Source of the DNA: an uncultured Bacilli bacterium | GTDB lineage: Bacteria; Bacillota_I; Bacilli_A; RF39; UBA660 | Direction of reading: 5' to 3' | Assembly: GCA_934155185.1 (NCBI GenBank) | Contig: CAKPGT010000002.1 | Location: 6,887 to 38,886, forward strand | Length of the DNA stretch: 32,000 nt | Part shown: in pieces, positions 17,267 to 26,987 of the stretch | How positions within the stretch are numbered: the first letter of the stretch is position 1 | Layout: the number at the start of each line of letters is the position of its first letter | The notes under the pieces: generated by a model | Seen by the model: the letters and a program-made list of their open reading frames with translations, nothing else | What the model was told of the DNA's origin: nothing | The model's database searches: none | Position numbers and translations under genes: made by a program

Positions 17267-17320
17267 TTGCCACTATAAATAATTCAAAATATGTGTTATA
17301 ATGTAACAATAGGAGGATAT

Positions 17321-18419
17321 ATGGAATTTACAATAAAAGATATAGAATCACTAGAAACAAAATTTAACGATATTTGGAGGTCTCTTTGACATACCAAACA
17401 AAGAAGATGAAATAAATATATTAAACAAGAAATTAGCAGAACCTAATATTTGGAGTAATCCAAAAAAAGCTGAAGAAATAAGCAAAAGAATAAGTAATTT
17501 AAAGGGAATAATTGATCCGATAAATACAATAAAAGAAAATATTCTTGCTTTAAAACAGATAGATGAATTTAGTGATGATGAATTAGATGAATTATTGCAA
17601 AAGGATTTTGAGGCGTTATATCAAAGTACCAAGGATATGTTAGAAAAAGAAGAAACCTTAACATATTTATCTGGAAAATTTGATGGTAATGCGGCAATTT
17701 TTGAAATACACGCCGGGGCAGGTGGTACAGAAAGCTGCGACTGGGCTTTGATGTTATCTAGAATGTATAGTAAGTATTTTGATAAGAAAAACTATGAATA
17801 TGAAATTATAGATGAACAAAAAGGAGAAGAAGCTGGAATAAAAAGCATAGTTTATTTAGTTAAAGGAAACTTTGCATATGGTTATCTAAAAAATGAAAAA
17901 GGAGTTCATAGATTAGTGCGCCTATCTCCGTTTGATGCCAATAATAGAAGACATACATCTTTTGCAGCAGTTGATGTAACTCCAGAGTTTGATGATGATA
18001 TAGATATTAAACTAGATGAAAAAGATATAAGAATTGATGTGTATAGAAGTAGTGGGGCAGGAGGTCAAGGTGTAAATACAACGGACTCTGCAGTTAGAGT
18101 AACGCACATACCAAGCGGAATAGTTGTTACATGCCAAAATGAGAGAAGTCAAATTAAAAATAAAGAAACAGCACTAAAGGTCTTAAAAAGCAAACTATAT
18201 CAGATAGAATTAAAATCAAGAAAAGAAAAGATAGACTCAATGAAAAGTGATCATAGCGGAATAGAATTCGGCTCGCAAATAAGAAGCTATGTGCTTCACC
18301 CATATTCGCTAATAAAAGATCATAGAACTGGTTTTGAGACTTCTAATGTAAGTAAAGTGCTTGATGGTGATATAGATGTATTTATAGAAAGCAATCTAAA
18401 AGGAGAAAAGGCAAGATGA
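17321..18419 (+). CDS. prfB: Peptide chain release factor 2 (requires programmed +1 frameshift at 17387)
   Basis: ORF0 MEFTIKDIESLETKFNDIWRSL ends at TGA 17387-17389. The +1 frame continues from 17388 as DIPNKEDEINILNKKLAEPNIWSNP... into track ORF 17595-18419. SPF (RLSPFD) and GGQ (SGAGGQGVN) motifs are present. Confidence 0.95.
17376..17390 (+). promoter_or_regulatory. prfB autoregulatory +1 frameshift site
   Basis: GGAGG TCT CTT TGA C: an internal Shine-Dalgarno-like element 3 nt before the canonical CUU UGA C slippery/stop context. Confidence 0.9.
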
Positions 18420-19330
18420 GATTATTTAAAAGACTAAGAAGCAAAAGAGATTTAAAAATATTAAAACTAGTAAAAAAGACCAATCTTTTTAAAAGATACT
18501 TCTTCTTGATAATTGGAACCATAATATATGCTTCATCATATAACCTATTTATGTTTAAAAATAATATAGTATATGGTGGTGCAAGTGGTATATCAATTAT
18601 TACACAAAAAGTAATTGATCCATCAATAATGATATTAATATTGAATGTGTTTTTCCTTACTCTAAGCTTAATATTTTTAGGAAAAAAGAAGACACTTGAC
18701 TCACTAGTAGGTTCTATTTTATTTCCATTATTTGTTAAGTTAACTTCAAATATAGGTAATTACATCAAAATAGATAATGATAATTTATTATTAATAGTTA
18801 TAATTGGTGGTGTCTGCATAGGAACTGCCGCAGGAATAATATTTAAAAGTGGCTTTACAACTGGAGGTACAGATATATTAAATCAGATAGTAGCTAAATA
18901 CTTTAGGTTATCAATTGGAACATCAATGCTTATGACAGATGGTATAATTGTTTTGGCAGGAGGATTTTTCTTTGGATGGACTAGAGTTCTTTATGCATTA
19001 ATAGTTTTATATATAATTAATATTATGGTTGATAAAGTAGTTTTAGGTATATCTAGCAGCAAAGCAGTTTATATAACTACTGATGAAGATGACCTTGTAT
19101 GTGATTATCTTCTTAATGAATTAAAGTTAGGGATAACACTTATAGAAACCAGAGGTGGATATACAAATAAAAAAGATCAAATAATAATGTGTGTTGTTCC
19201 AACTGGTGAGTATTTTGAAGTAAAAAATGGAATTAGTCAAATAGATCCTAAAGCGGTTATTTTAGTTACTGATGCATATCAAACGTCAGGAATATATACA
19301 GGCGGTGCTGGAAGTACAAGCATTATTTAA
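18416..19330 (+). CDS. YitT-family membrane protein (C-terminal DUF2179-like domain)
   Basis: Polytopic N-terminus with GGASGISII and GGTDIL motifs and a soluble C-terminal domain. ATGA overlap with the prfB stop. Confidence 0.7.
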   Translation: MRLFKRLRSKRDLKILKLVKKTNLFKRYFFLIIGTIIYASSYNLFMFKNNIVYGGASGISIITQKVIDPSIMILILNVFFLTLSLIFLGKKKTLDSLVGSILFPLFVKLTSNIGNYIKIDNDNLLLIVIIGGVCIGTAAGIIFKSGFTTGGTDILNQIVAKYFRLSIGTSMLMTDGIIVLAGGFFFGWTRVLYALIVLYIINIMVDKVVLGISSSKAVYITTDEDDLVCDYLLNELKLGITLIETRGGYTNKKDQIIMCVVPTGEYFEVKNGISQIDPKAVILVTDAYQTSGIYTGGAGSTSII

Positions 19331-19350
19331 TAAAAAGGAAGGTGTAGTAT

Positions 19351-20049
19351 ATGGAATTTATCAAATTTATTGATGTAGAAAAAACCTATAAAAACGGTGT
19401 TAATGCAGTATATAATATGAACCTTGGCATTAAAAAGGGTGAATTTGTATTTGTTATTGGTGCATCTGGTTCAGGTAAATCTACATTAATTAAAATGCTT
19501 TATCGTGAAGAAAAACCGACTCATGGTCAAATATACGTAGGTGGTATAAACGTAGCTAAGATTAAAAACAGTAAAGTATACAAATTAAGAAGAAAGATAG
19601 GTATAGTTTTCCAAGATTATAAGTTATTACCAAAATTAACAGTTTATGAAAACGTTGCTTTTGCACTAGAAATATATGGATTACCTAGTGATGAGGTAAA
19701 AAGGAAAACTCTAAAGGCACTAGATTTGGTTGGCTTAAAATCTAGAATAAAAAGTTATCCAACACAGTTATCTGGAGGAGAACAGCAAAGGGTTGCAATA
19801 GCAAGAGCTATAGTTAATTCTCCAAAACTACTTATATGTGATGAACCAACAGGTAATCTAGATCCTGATACTAGTTTAGAAATAATGAGAGTTATTGAAA
19901 AGATTAATGACCTTGGAACTACCATTGTTATGGCAACTCATGACAGGGAAATGGTTGATAAAATGAAGAAAAGAGTTGTTTTGCTAGATAATGGTAAGCT
20001 TGCTAAAGATTATGAGAAAGGAAGCTATAGTAATTATGAAAGCAATTAG
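19351..20049 (+). CDS. ftsE: Cell division ATP-binding protein FtsE
   Basis: Walker A GASGSGKST, signature LSGGEQQRV, Walker B LLICDEPTGNLD. Followed by ftsX. Confidence 0.92.
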   Translation: MEFIKFIDVEKTYKNGVNAVYNMNLGIKKGEFVFVIGASGSGKSTLIKMLYREEKPTHGQIYVGGINVAKIKNSKVYKLRRKIGIVFQDYKLLPKLTVYENVAFALEIYGLPSDEVKRKTLKALDLVGLKSRIKSYPTQLSGGEQQRVAIARAIVNSPKLLICDEPTGNLDPDTSLEIMRVIEKINDLGTTIVMATHDREMVDKMKKRVVLLDNGKLAKDYEKGSYSNYESN

Positions 20050-20935
20050 AATCGTATTAAGAAATATTAGAGATGGGTTTAAAAGTGTTGGCAGAAACCT
20101 AAGCCTATCAGTGGCATCAATATCATGTATAACAATAACTCTTTTAATAGTTGCTATAGCATTAATAGCATCATATAATGTTGAAAATATGACAAAGCTT
20201 GTTAAAGAAGACTTTACAATTGTAACTTTTGTAAAAACAGAGACAACAGAAGATCAGATAAAAGATTTAAAAACAAGTATAGAATCTTATGACAATGTAG
20301 AAAGCGTTACTCATCAAACAAAAAAAGACATTGCAAATGAAATGAAAGGTACATCTGATTCACTAGCATCAATAATAGATACTTGGACAGATGAAAATAA
20401 TCCTTTATATGATACACTTTTAGTAAAAGTAAAGAATACTGAAAATATATCAAAAACTGCTGATAAGCTAAAAGAATTAGAATTAGTTGCAGACGTTAAA
20501 TATGGTCAAGGAATGGTAGAAAGTTTACTTAAAGTATTTAAAGTAATAGAAAAAGCAATGATAATAGCAATGGCAGCTTTAGTATTTGTTACATTATTTT
20601 TGATAACAAATACAATTAAAATAACAATTTTCTCTAGAAAAAGAGAAATAGAAATAATGAGACTTGTTGGTGCTTCAAACTTTTCTATTAAACAACCATT
20701 TGTAATAGAAGGTTTTTGCTTAGGATTTATAGGTGCATTAATTCCAATAGGAGCAGTATTATATGGATATTCAGCACTATATAAACATTTTGGTGGGCAG
20801 CTATTTTCCCCATTCGTAAAATTAGTTCCTGCAGAACCATTCATTTATTATGTATCATTAATATTATTAGGTTTAGGCGTTGTAGTTGGTATGTTTGGTA
20901 GTTATAGAGCAGTAAGGAAGTATTTGAAAATCTAA
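20036..20935 (+). CDS. ftsX: Cell division permease-like protein FtsX
   Basis: Start ATG 20036 (MKAIRIVLRNIRDGFKSVGRN...) overlaps the ftsE end; the track start 19991 is inside ftsE. One TM, an extracellular domain, then 3 C-terminal TMs (FtsX topology). Confidence 0.88.
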   Translation: MKAIRIVLRNIRDGFKSVGRNLSLSVASISCITITLLIVAIALIASYNVENMTKLVKEDFTIVTFVKTETTEDQIKDLKTSIESYDNVESVTHQTKKDIANEMKGTSDSLASIIDTWTDENNPLYDTLLVKVKNTENISKTADKLKELELVADVKYGQGMVESLLKVFKVIEKAMIIAMAALVFVTLFLITNTIKITIFSRKREIEIMRLVGASNFSIKQPFVIEGFCLGFIGALIPIGAVLYGYSALYKHFGGQLFSPFVKLVPAEPFIYYVSLILLGLGVVVGMFGSYRAVRKYLKI

Positions 20936-22116
20936 TGAAAAAATTACTAAGATATTTAACAATAGCATTAATGTTAATGATAATACCATTTATAACGGTA
21001 AATGCCAAAACCTTAGCAGATATACAAAAAGAGCTTGATGCAGCTCAAAAAAAACTAAATGATACAAATGTAAAAAAAGCAATGAATAGTCAGGATATAA
21101 CTGAGACAAATAAAAAAATAAGTAATATAAAGGCTAGTATAAAACAGGTAGAAGAAAATATAGAAGCAAAGACAAAAGAGAGTGAAAGTCTTCAGCAAGA
21201 TATAGTTAAGAAAAACAATGAGATTAAAGACTTAATGAGATATTATCAGATTTCTTCATCAGGGTCTGCAATGCTGGAGTATGTTATGGGAGCTGAGAGT
21301 ATAACTGATTTGATATATAGACTATCAGTTACTGAACAAATATCATCTTATAATAAAAAAGCTATTAAAAAGATGAATGATATGATAGCAGAAAATGATA
21401 GAATCAAAAAGGAATTAGCTAATAAAAAACAAGAGTTAGCAAATTTAAACTCTGACTTAGAAACTCAAGTTGTAGTTTTAAATAAAAAGCAAAGTGAACT
21501 TGATGCAGAAGGCCAATCTGAAGAAGAAACAGTAAAAGGTATGCAAAAGCAAGTAAAATATTATAAGTCTATTGGTTGTAAGGATAGTGAATCTATTGAT
21601 GCATGTTACTCAAGAATATATGGTAGTAATTATTTGCCAGTAGGAACATCATTTAGAAGACCAACTACAAGCGGTAGAATATCAAGTGAATTTGGTAATA
21701 GAACATTAAATGGTAAACCAAATAAACACTTCGCTATAGATATAGCTATGCCTACTGGAACGCCAGTATATGCAACTGCTCCTGGTATTGTTGGTTATAC
21801 TGGTAATGTGTGCGGTATATCATTAGTTATATGGCATAACATAAATGGTAAGACTTATTCTTCAATATACTGTCATCTATCTAAGCAGTTAGTAAAAAAG
21901 GACCAGGTAGTAACCTCTGACACAATGATTGCAAAATCAGGATGTACAGGTCGGTGTTATGGAGCACATTTACATTTTGGTTTAGCAACAGGTAAATACT
22001 ATGGTGACTATAGAGCTTATTATGCTGGAAAATATGATAGCTTAGAAAATCACACTTTTAATCCTAGGGATGTTGTTGTATTTCCTGCAACAGGGAAGAG
22101 TTATAGCAATAGATAA
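20935..22116 (+). CDS. Secreted coiled-coil M23 peptidoglycan metalloendopeptidase (PcsB/EnvC-like FtsEX partner)
   Basis: Signal peptide, about 200 aa of coiled coil, then an M23 domain with HFAIDIAMPTGTPVYA (H-x3-D) and AHLHFGL (H-x-H). TAATG overlap with ftsX. Confidence 0.85.
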   Translation: MKKLLRYLTIALMLMIIPFITVNAKTLADIQKELDAAQKKLNDTNVKKAMNSQDITETNKKISNIKASIKQVEENIEAKTKESESLQQDIVKKNNEIKDLMRYYQISSSGSAMLEYVMGAESITDLIYRLSVTEQISSYNKKAIKKMNDMIAENDRIKKELANKKQELANLNSDLETQVVVLNKKQSELDAEGQSEEETVKGMQKQVKYYKSIGCKDSESIDACYSRIYGSNYLPVGTSFRRPTTSGRISSEFGNRTLNGKPNKHFAIDIAMPTGTPVYATAPGIVGYTGNVCGISLVIWHNINGKTYSSIYCHLSKQLVKKDQVVTSDTMIAKSGCTGRCYGAHLHFGLATGKYYGDYRAYYAGKYDSLENHTFNPRDVVVFPATGKSYSNR

Positions 22117-22136
22117 TATTTTTGGAGGTAAGTTAT

Positions 22137-22784
22137 ATGTTTGCAACGGTATTAACTGAAGAGGCTTATATAAAACTTATTGAATATGCAATCGAAAAAT
22201 GTAATGTTATCTCAGTTACAAAATATTTTGATCCATGCGAAGATGTTGCAAAAAACACTTTAAATATTATATTATCCGAGACTAATCAAACTGAAAGAGA
22301 TATTTTAAGAAAATGGTTAGAAAAAGATGATTATATAGATGAATTGTTTAACATGTTTAAAGATAACGATTTAATTTTTGATAGGAAATGTAAAAGGAGT
22401 TTTGGGGGCACATTAAAATCTTATAAAAAAAAGATGGTTATTGAAGACAGCATTGAACATATATTTTATGAATATAATATAAAAGATTGGCTTAGAAAAT
22501 ATAAAAGTAGGATGATTAAAAAAACTCAAGACGACAAAACCATCACATATTTTTTTAAGTTAAATGACGCTTTAAAATCTGATATTTTAAGTACATCCTC
22601 GTTTTCAGATTGGAAATTTCCAGATTCGGTAGAAAATTTATTTTTTTATGAAGATGAAAATTGCTGGCTTCACTCTACTTGGCGGGGTCACTTTGAAGTT
22701 TTCTGCAAAGATGAAAAAGAGTTTAGATATTTAAAATCTTTAGGTGTAAGATTTAATGATAAAAAATATATCAATAAAAAATAG
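22137..22784 (+). CDS. Paralogue of the islet B immunity-like protein (orphan immunity candidate)
   Basis: Start ATG 22137, 8 nt after GGAGG. Similar along its full length to the 9230-9958 product, strongest at the C-terminus (see that entry). Confidence 0.6.
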   Translation: MFATVLTEEAYIKLIEYAIEKCNVISVTKYFDPCEDVAKNTLNIILSETNQTERDILRKWLEKDDYIDELFNMFKDNDLIFDRKCKRSFGGTLKSYKKKMVIEDSIEHIFYEYNIKDWLRKYKSRMIKKTQDDKTITYFFKLNDALKSDILSTSSFSDWKFPDSVENLFFYEDENCWLHSTWRGHFEVFCKDEKEFRYLKSLGVRFNDKKYINKK

Positions 22785-22819
22785 ATTAAACATGGTTTTT
22801 AATACTATATTAAGAGATT

Positions 22820-22852
22820 CAAGAAAGCAACTTTAGCTTTCTTGTTTTCTTT
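22820..22852 (+). terminator. Rho-independent terminator
   Basis: CAAGAAAGC / GCTTTCTTG 9-bp stem, 7-nt loop, T-rich tail. Confidence 0.75.
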
Positions 22853-22948
22853 ATGAATTGATGATAGAATTAATGTGTAGATTTATATTGCTTAATAGGG
22901 ATATTAGATGTTTGATATTTAAACGTTTAATGAAAGTAGGAGAAATTT

Positions 22949-23623
22949 ATGATAGAATTAAAAGAAAAAAAAGACCGCCTTTTAAAACTTAATGAAAGCT
23001 ATAATAAAATGCAGAAAAAATATGGAGCTAAGGATTTAGATGCAATATGTAATGGTGGAAAAATAGAAAACCCCAATATATGTTTTGTATTTATGAATCC
23101 AACAGGAAGAAATATAGCTAGTCAAAACACCTGGAAAGGATTAAAGGCTCCGTGGATTGGTACTAAAAACATATGGAAATTATTTCATAATGTAGAACTC
23201 ATGAGTGATGATTTGTTTATAAGAATAATTCAAAAAAAGCCAGGAGACTGGGATTACTCTTTTGCGGAAGAAGTATATAAAGAAGTTGAAAGAAAAAATT
23301 ACTTTATAACTAATTTAGGAAAATGTACCCAAGTTGATGCAAGACCTCTATCAGACAAAGTTTTAGAAGGATATTTAAAATTATTATTAAAGGAAATTGA
23401 TATAGTAAAACCTAAAATAATTATTACATTTGGTAATCAAGTTAGTTCTATTATTTTAAATAAAAAAATTTCAGTATCAGAAACTAGAAAGAAATATTTT
23501 GAAAAAGAGATAAATGGTAATGTATATAAGATATTTCCAGTATATTATCCAGTTGGTAATGGTATTTTTAATATAGATAAATCAATAGAAGATATAAGAT
23601 GGATAATAAAAAATTATTTATAG
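22949..23623 (+). CDS. Uracil-DNA glycosylase superfamily protein (tentative)
   Basis: CFVFMNPTGRN resembles the UDG motif-A region (G-M-N-P-G type). The size, FITNLGKCT and the late YYPVGNG block fit the UDG fold. Assignment is from memory of motifs only. Confidence 0.45.
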   Translation: MIELKEKKDRLLKLNESYNKMQKKYGAKDLDAICNGGKIENPNICFVFMNPTGRNIASQNTWKGLKAPWIGTKNIWKLFHNVELMSDDLFIRIIQKKPGDWDYSFAEEVYKEVERKNYFITNLGKCTQVDARPLSDKVLEGYLKLLLKEIDIVKPKIIITFGNQVSSIILNKKISVSETRKKYFEKEINGNVYKIFPVYYPVGNGIFNIDKSIEDIRWIIKNYL

Positions 23624-23637
23624 GAGGGTAAATTTAT

Positions 23638-24837
23638 ATGAAAAAAGAAGAAAAATATATATATAAGACTGAAATTAATGCCGATGAATATGCAAAGATG
23701 ATTAGCTTTTTTCCAAAAATTGGATATTGGCAATTTATTAAAAGAGGCTGTATTATAAGCTTGATATTATCGTTTATTATAATGCTATTTTGCAATGATA
23801 GCCTTATAGCGCTTTCCTGGTTTATCATGCTTCAAATTGCTATTATGATAGTATATAAATTTAATTTAAAAGGAATTGTAAAAAAAGCATATAATAAATA
23901 TTTGGAAGATAAAATTATTTCTAAGAACAAAGTGACTGAATTCTATAACGATTATTTAATAAGCTCATCGGATTGTATAACATATAAGCTAAAATATTCT
24001 GAAATAGATAAATTTATAGAAACTGATACTAATTATTATATTGGCTGTGGTTTTAGAAAAATTATAGTTATAATAAGAAAAGATGACTGCTCAGTAGAAC
24101 TTTCAAATTTTATCAAGGAAAAGTTTTGTAATATAGAAAAAAAGAAATCACTAAGTTCACATAAAAATAAAAATACGGTTGAAACTTTTATGAATATCTT
24201 ATTTATTTTATCATTATTAATTTTATTTTATGTATTATATACATTAGAAGATGAAGGTTTTAAAGAAAAGTATTATATAGTTATTGCTAAAGTTCTGTTT
24301 GTAATTTTTTCATTAATACTTTCATTTCTGTTTAATAAGAAAGGTGTTAAATGTACTAAAAATATAGTTGCAAGTTTTGTACTATTATTCTTTGTAATAT
24401 TACAATCTATAGTACCGTTATCTTTAAACATTGAAACAGATTATTCTAAAATAAATGAATATAAAGAAATAGTAGATGCCAAACTTCCTCAAGATGGAAA
24501 ACTTAATATTATGGAATTTAATAATGTGTATGAGGATAAAAAAAATTATGTAATGCTAGAAGCATTTTACAGTAAAAATCAGTCCAAAATAATAGAAAAT
24601 AGTATTAAAGAAAGTAAAAATTGGATTTTGAAGAAAGACTTAAGTTCAAATTTAAAAATATTTTTTTCACAATCATTTATAAGTGGTGAAAATTCTTATT
24701 ATTCTGTTTACAATAAAACAAATAATGAATATAATAAGGTTCCAGATGAATCAGGTGAGTATGAAATTTATGCTATTAAATATGATTTTGATGATGATGT
24801 ACTAGAAATAGATAAGTTTAACTATTTTTATAAATAA
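23638..24837 (+). CDS. Membrane protein with YcxB-like N-terminal domain (function unknown)
   Basis: Two TM helices followed by a YKLKYSEIDKFIETDTNYYI... segment similar to YcxB-type domains. Then 3-4 more TM helices and a soluble Asn/Lys-rich C-terminus. Confidence 0.5.
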   Translation: MKKEEKYIYKTEINADEYAKMISFFPKIGYWQFIKRGCIISLILSFIIMLFCNDSLIALSWFIMLQIAIMIVYKFNLKGIVKKAYNKYLEDKIISKNKVTEFYNDYLISSSDCITYKLKYSEIDKFIETDTNYYIGCGFRKIIVIIRKDDCSVELSNFIKEKFCNIEKKKSLSSHKNKNTVETFMNILFILSLLILFYVLYTLEDEGFKEKYYIVIAKVLFVIFSLILSFLFNKKGVKCTKNIVASFVLLFFVILQSIVPLSLNIETDYSKINEYKEIVDAKLPQDGKLNIMEFNNVYEDKKNYVMLEAFYSKNQSKIIENSIKESKNWILKKDLSSNLKIFFSQSFISGENSYYSVYNKTNNEYNKVPDESGEYEIYAIKYDFDDDVLEIDKFNYFYK

Positions 24838-24886
24838 ACCAAAAAATAGTGATTACTAAAAAATGATAATCACAAGGGAGGATGCA

Positions 24887-26842
24887 ATGTTCGATTTAGT
24901 ATCAAAATTTAAGCCTTCAGGTGATCAACCAGAGGCTATAGAAAAACTTTCAGAAGGAATAAAAAATGGTGATAAATATCAGGTTTTGCTAGGTGCAACA
25001 GGAACAGGTAAGACATTTACAATAGCAAATGTAATTAAAGAGGTTAATAAACCTACATTAGTGCTTGCTCACAATAAAACGCTTGCAGGGCAGTTGTATT
25101 CCGAGCTTAAAGAAATTTTTCCAAATAATCAAGTTTGCTACTTTGTCTCATACTATGATTATTATCAACCAGAAGCATATGTGCCTTCTAGTGATACTTA
25201 TATTGAAAAAGATTCATCAATTAATGATGAAATAGATGAACTAAGGCACTATGCTACTTCATCACTTATAAATGCAAAAGATGTTATTGTAGTTGCATCT
25301 GTATCGTGCATTTATGGTATAGGTGATAAAGAAGAATATGAAAATCATATGCTAACTTTAAAAGTAGGTGATGAGATAAACCGAAACGAAGTATTATCAA
25401 AACTAGTTGATATGATGTATGAAAGAAATAATATAGACTTAGTTAGAGGTACATTTAGAGCTAAAGGTGATGTTATAGAAGTTATACCGGTTTACGAGAA
25501 AAGCCATGGAATTAGAATTGAATTATTTGGTGATGAGATAGATAGAATATCTGAGTTTGATGTATTAACTGGAGTGGTAGTAAGTGATAAAAAATTTGTT
25601 TCTATTATGCCAGCATCTCACTTTGTAACTAGTGAAAAAAAGCTTTCAAAAGCGATAGTTAATATAAAAGAAGAATTAGATGAAAGATTGAAGTATTTTA
25701 AAGAAAATGGAAAATTATTAGAGGCTGAACGCCTGGAACAGAGGTGTAAGTATGACTTGGAAATGCTAGCAGAAACGGGTTTTTGCTCGGGTGTTGAAAA
25801 TTATTCTAGACATTTAGCTTTAAAACCAGCAGGAGCAACACCAACCTGTCTTTTAGACTTTTTTCCAGATGATTATTTGATGGTAATTGATGAATCACAC
25901 GTAACATTACCGCAGGTTAAAGCTATGTATAATGGTGATAGAGCAAGAAAACAAATGTTAGTTGATTATGGATTTAGATTGCCGTCTGCACTTGATAACA
26001 GACCTCTAAAATATGAAGAGTTTGAGGAAAAGATAAATCAAGTTATTTATGTTTCTGCAACTCCAGGAGATGAGGAGTTAGCTAAAGTAAACAACAATGT
26101 AGTAGAACAAATAATAAGACCAACTGGTTTGTTAGATCCTTTAATAGAGGTAAGAAAACAAGAAAACCAAGTGGACGATTTAATAGAAGAAATTCAAAAG
26201 CAAATTGAAAAGGGCGATAGAACGCTAGTTACAACACTAACCATTAGAATGGCAGAAGAATTAACATCATATCTAAAAAACTTAAATATAAAAGTTGCAT
26301 ATCTTCATAGTGAAGTAAAAACGCTTGAAAGACTTAAAATTATTCATGATTTAAGAGAAGGCAAGTATGATGTACTTGTGGGCATTAACTTACTTAGAGA
26401 AGGTCTTGATATACCTGAGGTTAGTTTAGTTGCAATACTTGATGCTGATAAACAAGGATTTTTAAGAAGCCATAGAAGCCTTATACAAACCATTGGAAGA
26501 TGTGCAAGAAATGCTGATGGAAGAGTAATTATGTATGGTGATATAATTAGTGATGCTATGAAAACCGCGATAGATGAAACGAAAAGACGTAGGGAAATAC
26601 AAATTAAATATAACGATGCTCATGGTATTGTTCCAAAAACAATAAAGAAAAAGATAATGGACGTAGTAAGCGTAAGTGAGCAAACTGAAGAAAAATCTAA
26701 GAAACGTGGCAAGAAGAATATTGATAATAATGAAAGCATTATAAAACAATTAGAAGAAGAAATGCAAAAGGCTGCGAAAGATTTGGATTTTGAACGTGCT
26801 ATGGAACTTCGTGATATTATATTTGAAATGAAGGTAAATTAG
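24887..26842 (+). CDS. uvrB: Excinuclease ABC subunit B
   Basis: [18 protein letters not shown] start after GGGAGG. Walker [13 protein letters not shown] box (VIDESHVT) and the C-terminal UVR domain ([13 protein letters not shown]). Confidence 0.97.
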   Translation: MFDLVSKFKPSGDQPEAIEKLSEGIKNGDKYQVLLGATGTGKTFTIANVIKEVNKPTLVLAHNKTLAGQLYSELKEIFPNNQVCYFVSYYDYYQPEAYVPSSDTYIEKDSSINDEIDELRHYATSSLINAKDVIVVASVSCIYGIGDKEEYENHMLTLKVGDEINRNEVLSKLVDMMYERNNIDLVRGTFRAKGDVIEVIPVYEKSHGIRIELFGDEIDRISEFDVLTGVVVSDKKFVSIMPASHFVTSEKKLSKAIVNIKEELDERLKYFKENGKLLEAERLEQRCKYDLEMLAETGFCSGVENYSRHLALKPAGATPTCLLDFFPDDYLMVIDESHVTLPQVKAMYNGDRARKQMLVDYGFRLPSALDNRPLKYEEFEEKINQVIYVSATPGDEELAKVNNNVVEQIIRPTGLLDPLIEVRKQENQVDDLIEEIQKQIEKGDRTLVTTLTIRMAEELTSYLKNLNIKVAYLHSEVKTLERLKIIHDLREGKYDVLVGINLLREGLDIPEVSLVAILDADKQGFLRSHRSLIQTIGRCARNADGRVIMYGDIISDAMKTAIDETKRRREIQIKYNDAHGIVPKTIKKKIMDVVSVSEQTEEKSKKRGKKNIDNNESIIKQLEEEMQKAAKDLDFERAMELRDIIFEMKVN

Positions 26843-26904
26843 TATAAATAAGAAAATAGAAGGTGGTTATGTTTTGCATAGCCATTTTTAATGCAATAAT
26901 TTAC

Positions 26905-26933
26905 TTGTAATATGTACAAATGTTTGATATAAT
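26905..26933 (+). promoter_or_regulatory. Putative uvrA promoter with a degenerate LexA (Cheo-type) box in the spacer
   Basis: TTGTAA (26905-26910), 17 nt, TATAAT (26928-26933). The spacer contains GTACAAATGTTT (26914-26925) versus GAAC-N4-GTTC, two core mismatches. Confidence 0.4.
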
Positions 26934-26987
26934 TGTTGTATAAATTTCATAATTTTATGATAGAATATTAAACTGAAGGTGATTTAA

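Noticed and set aside
17387-17389. In-frame TGA in prfB as evidence of a pseudogene or TGA recoding
   Set aside because: The GGAGG-N3-CTT-TGA-C context is the well-known autoregulatory frameshift site, and the +1 frame encodes a complete RF2.
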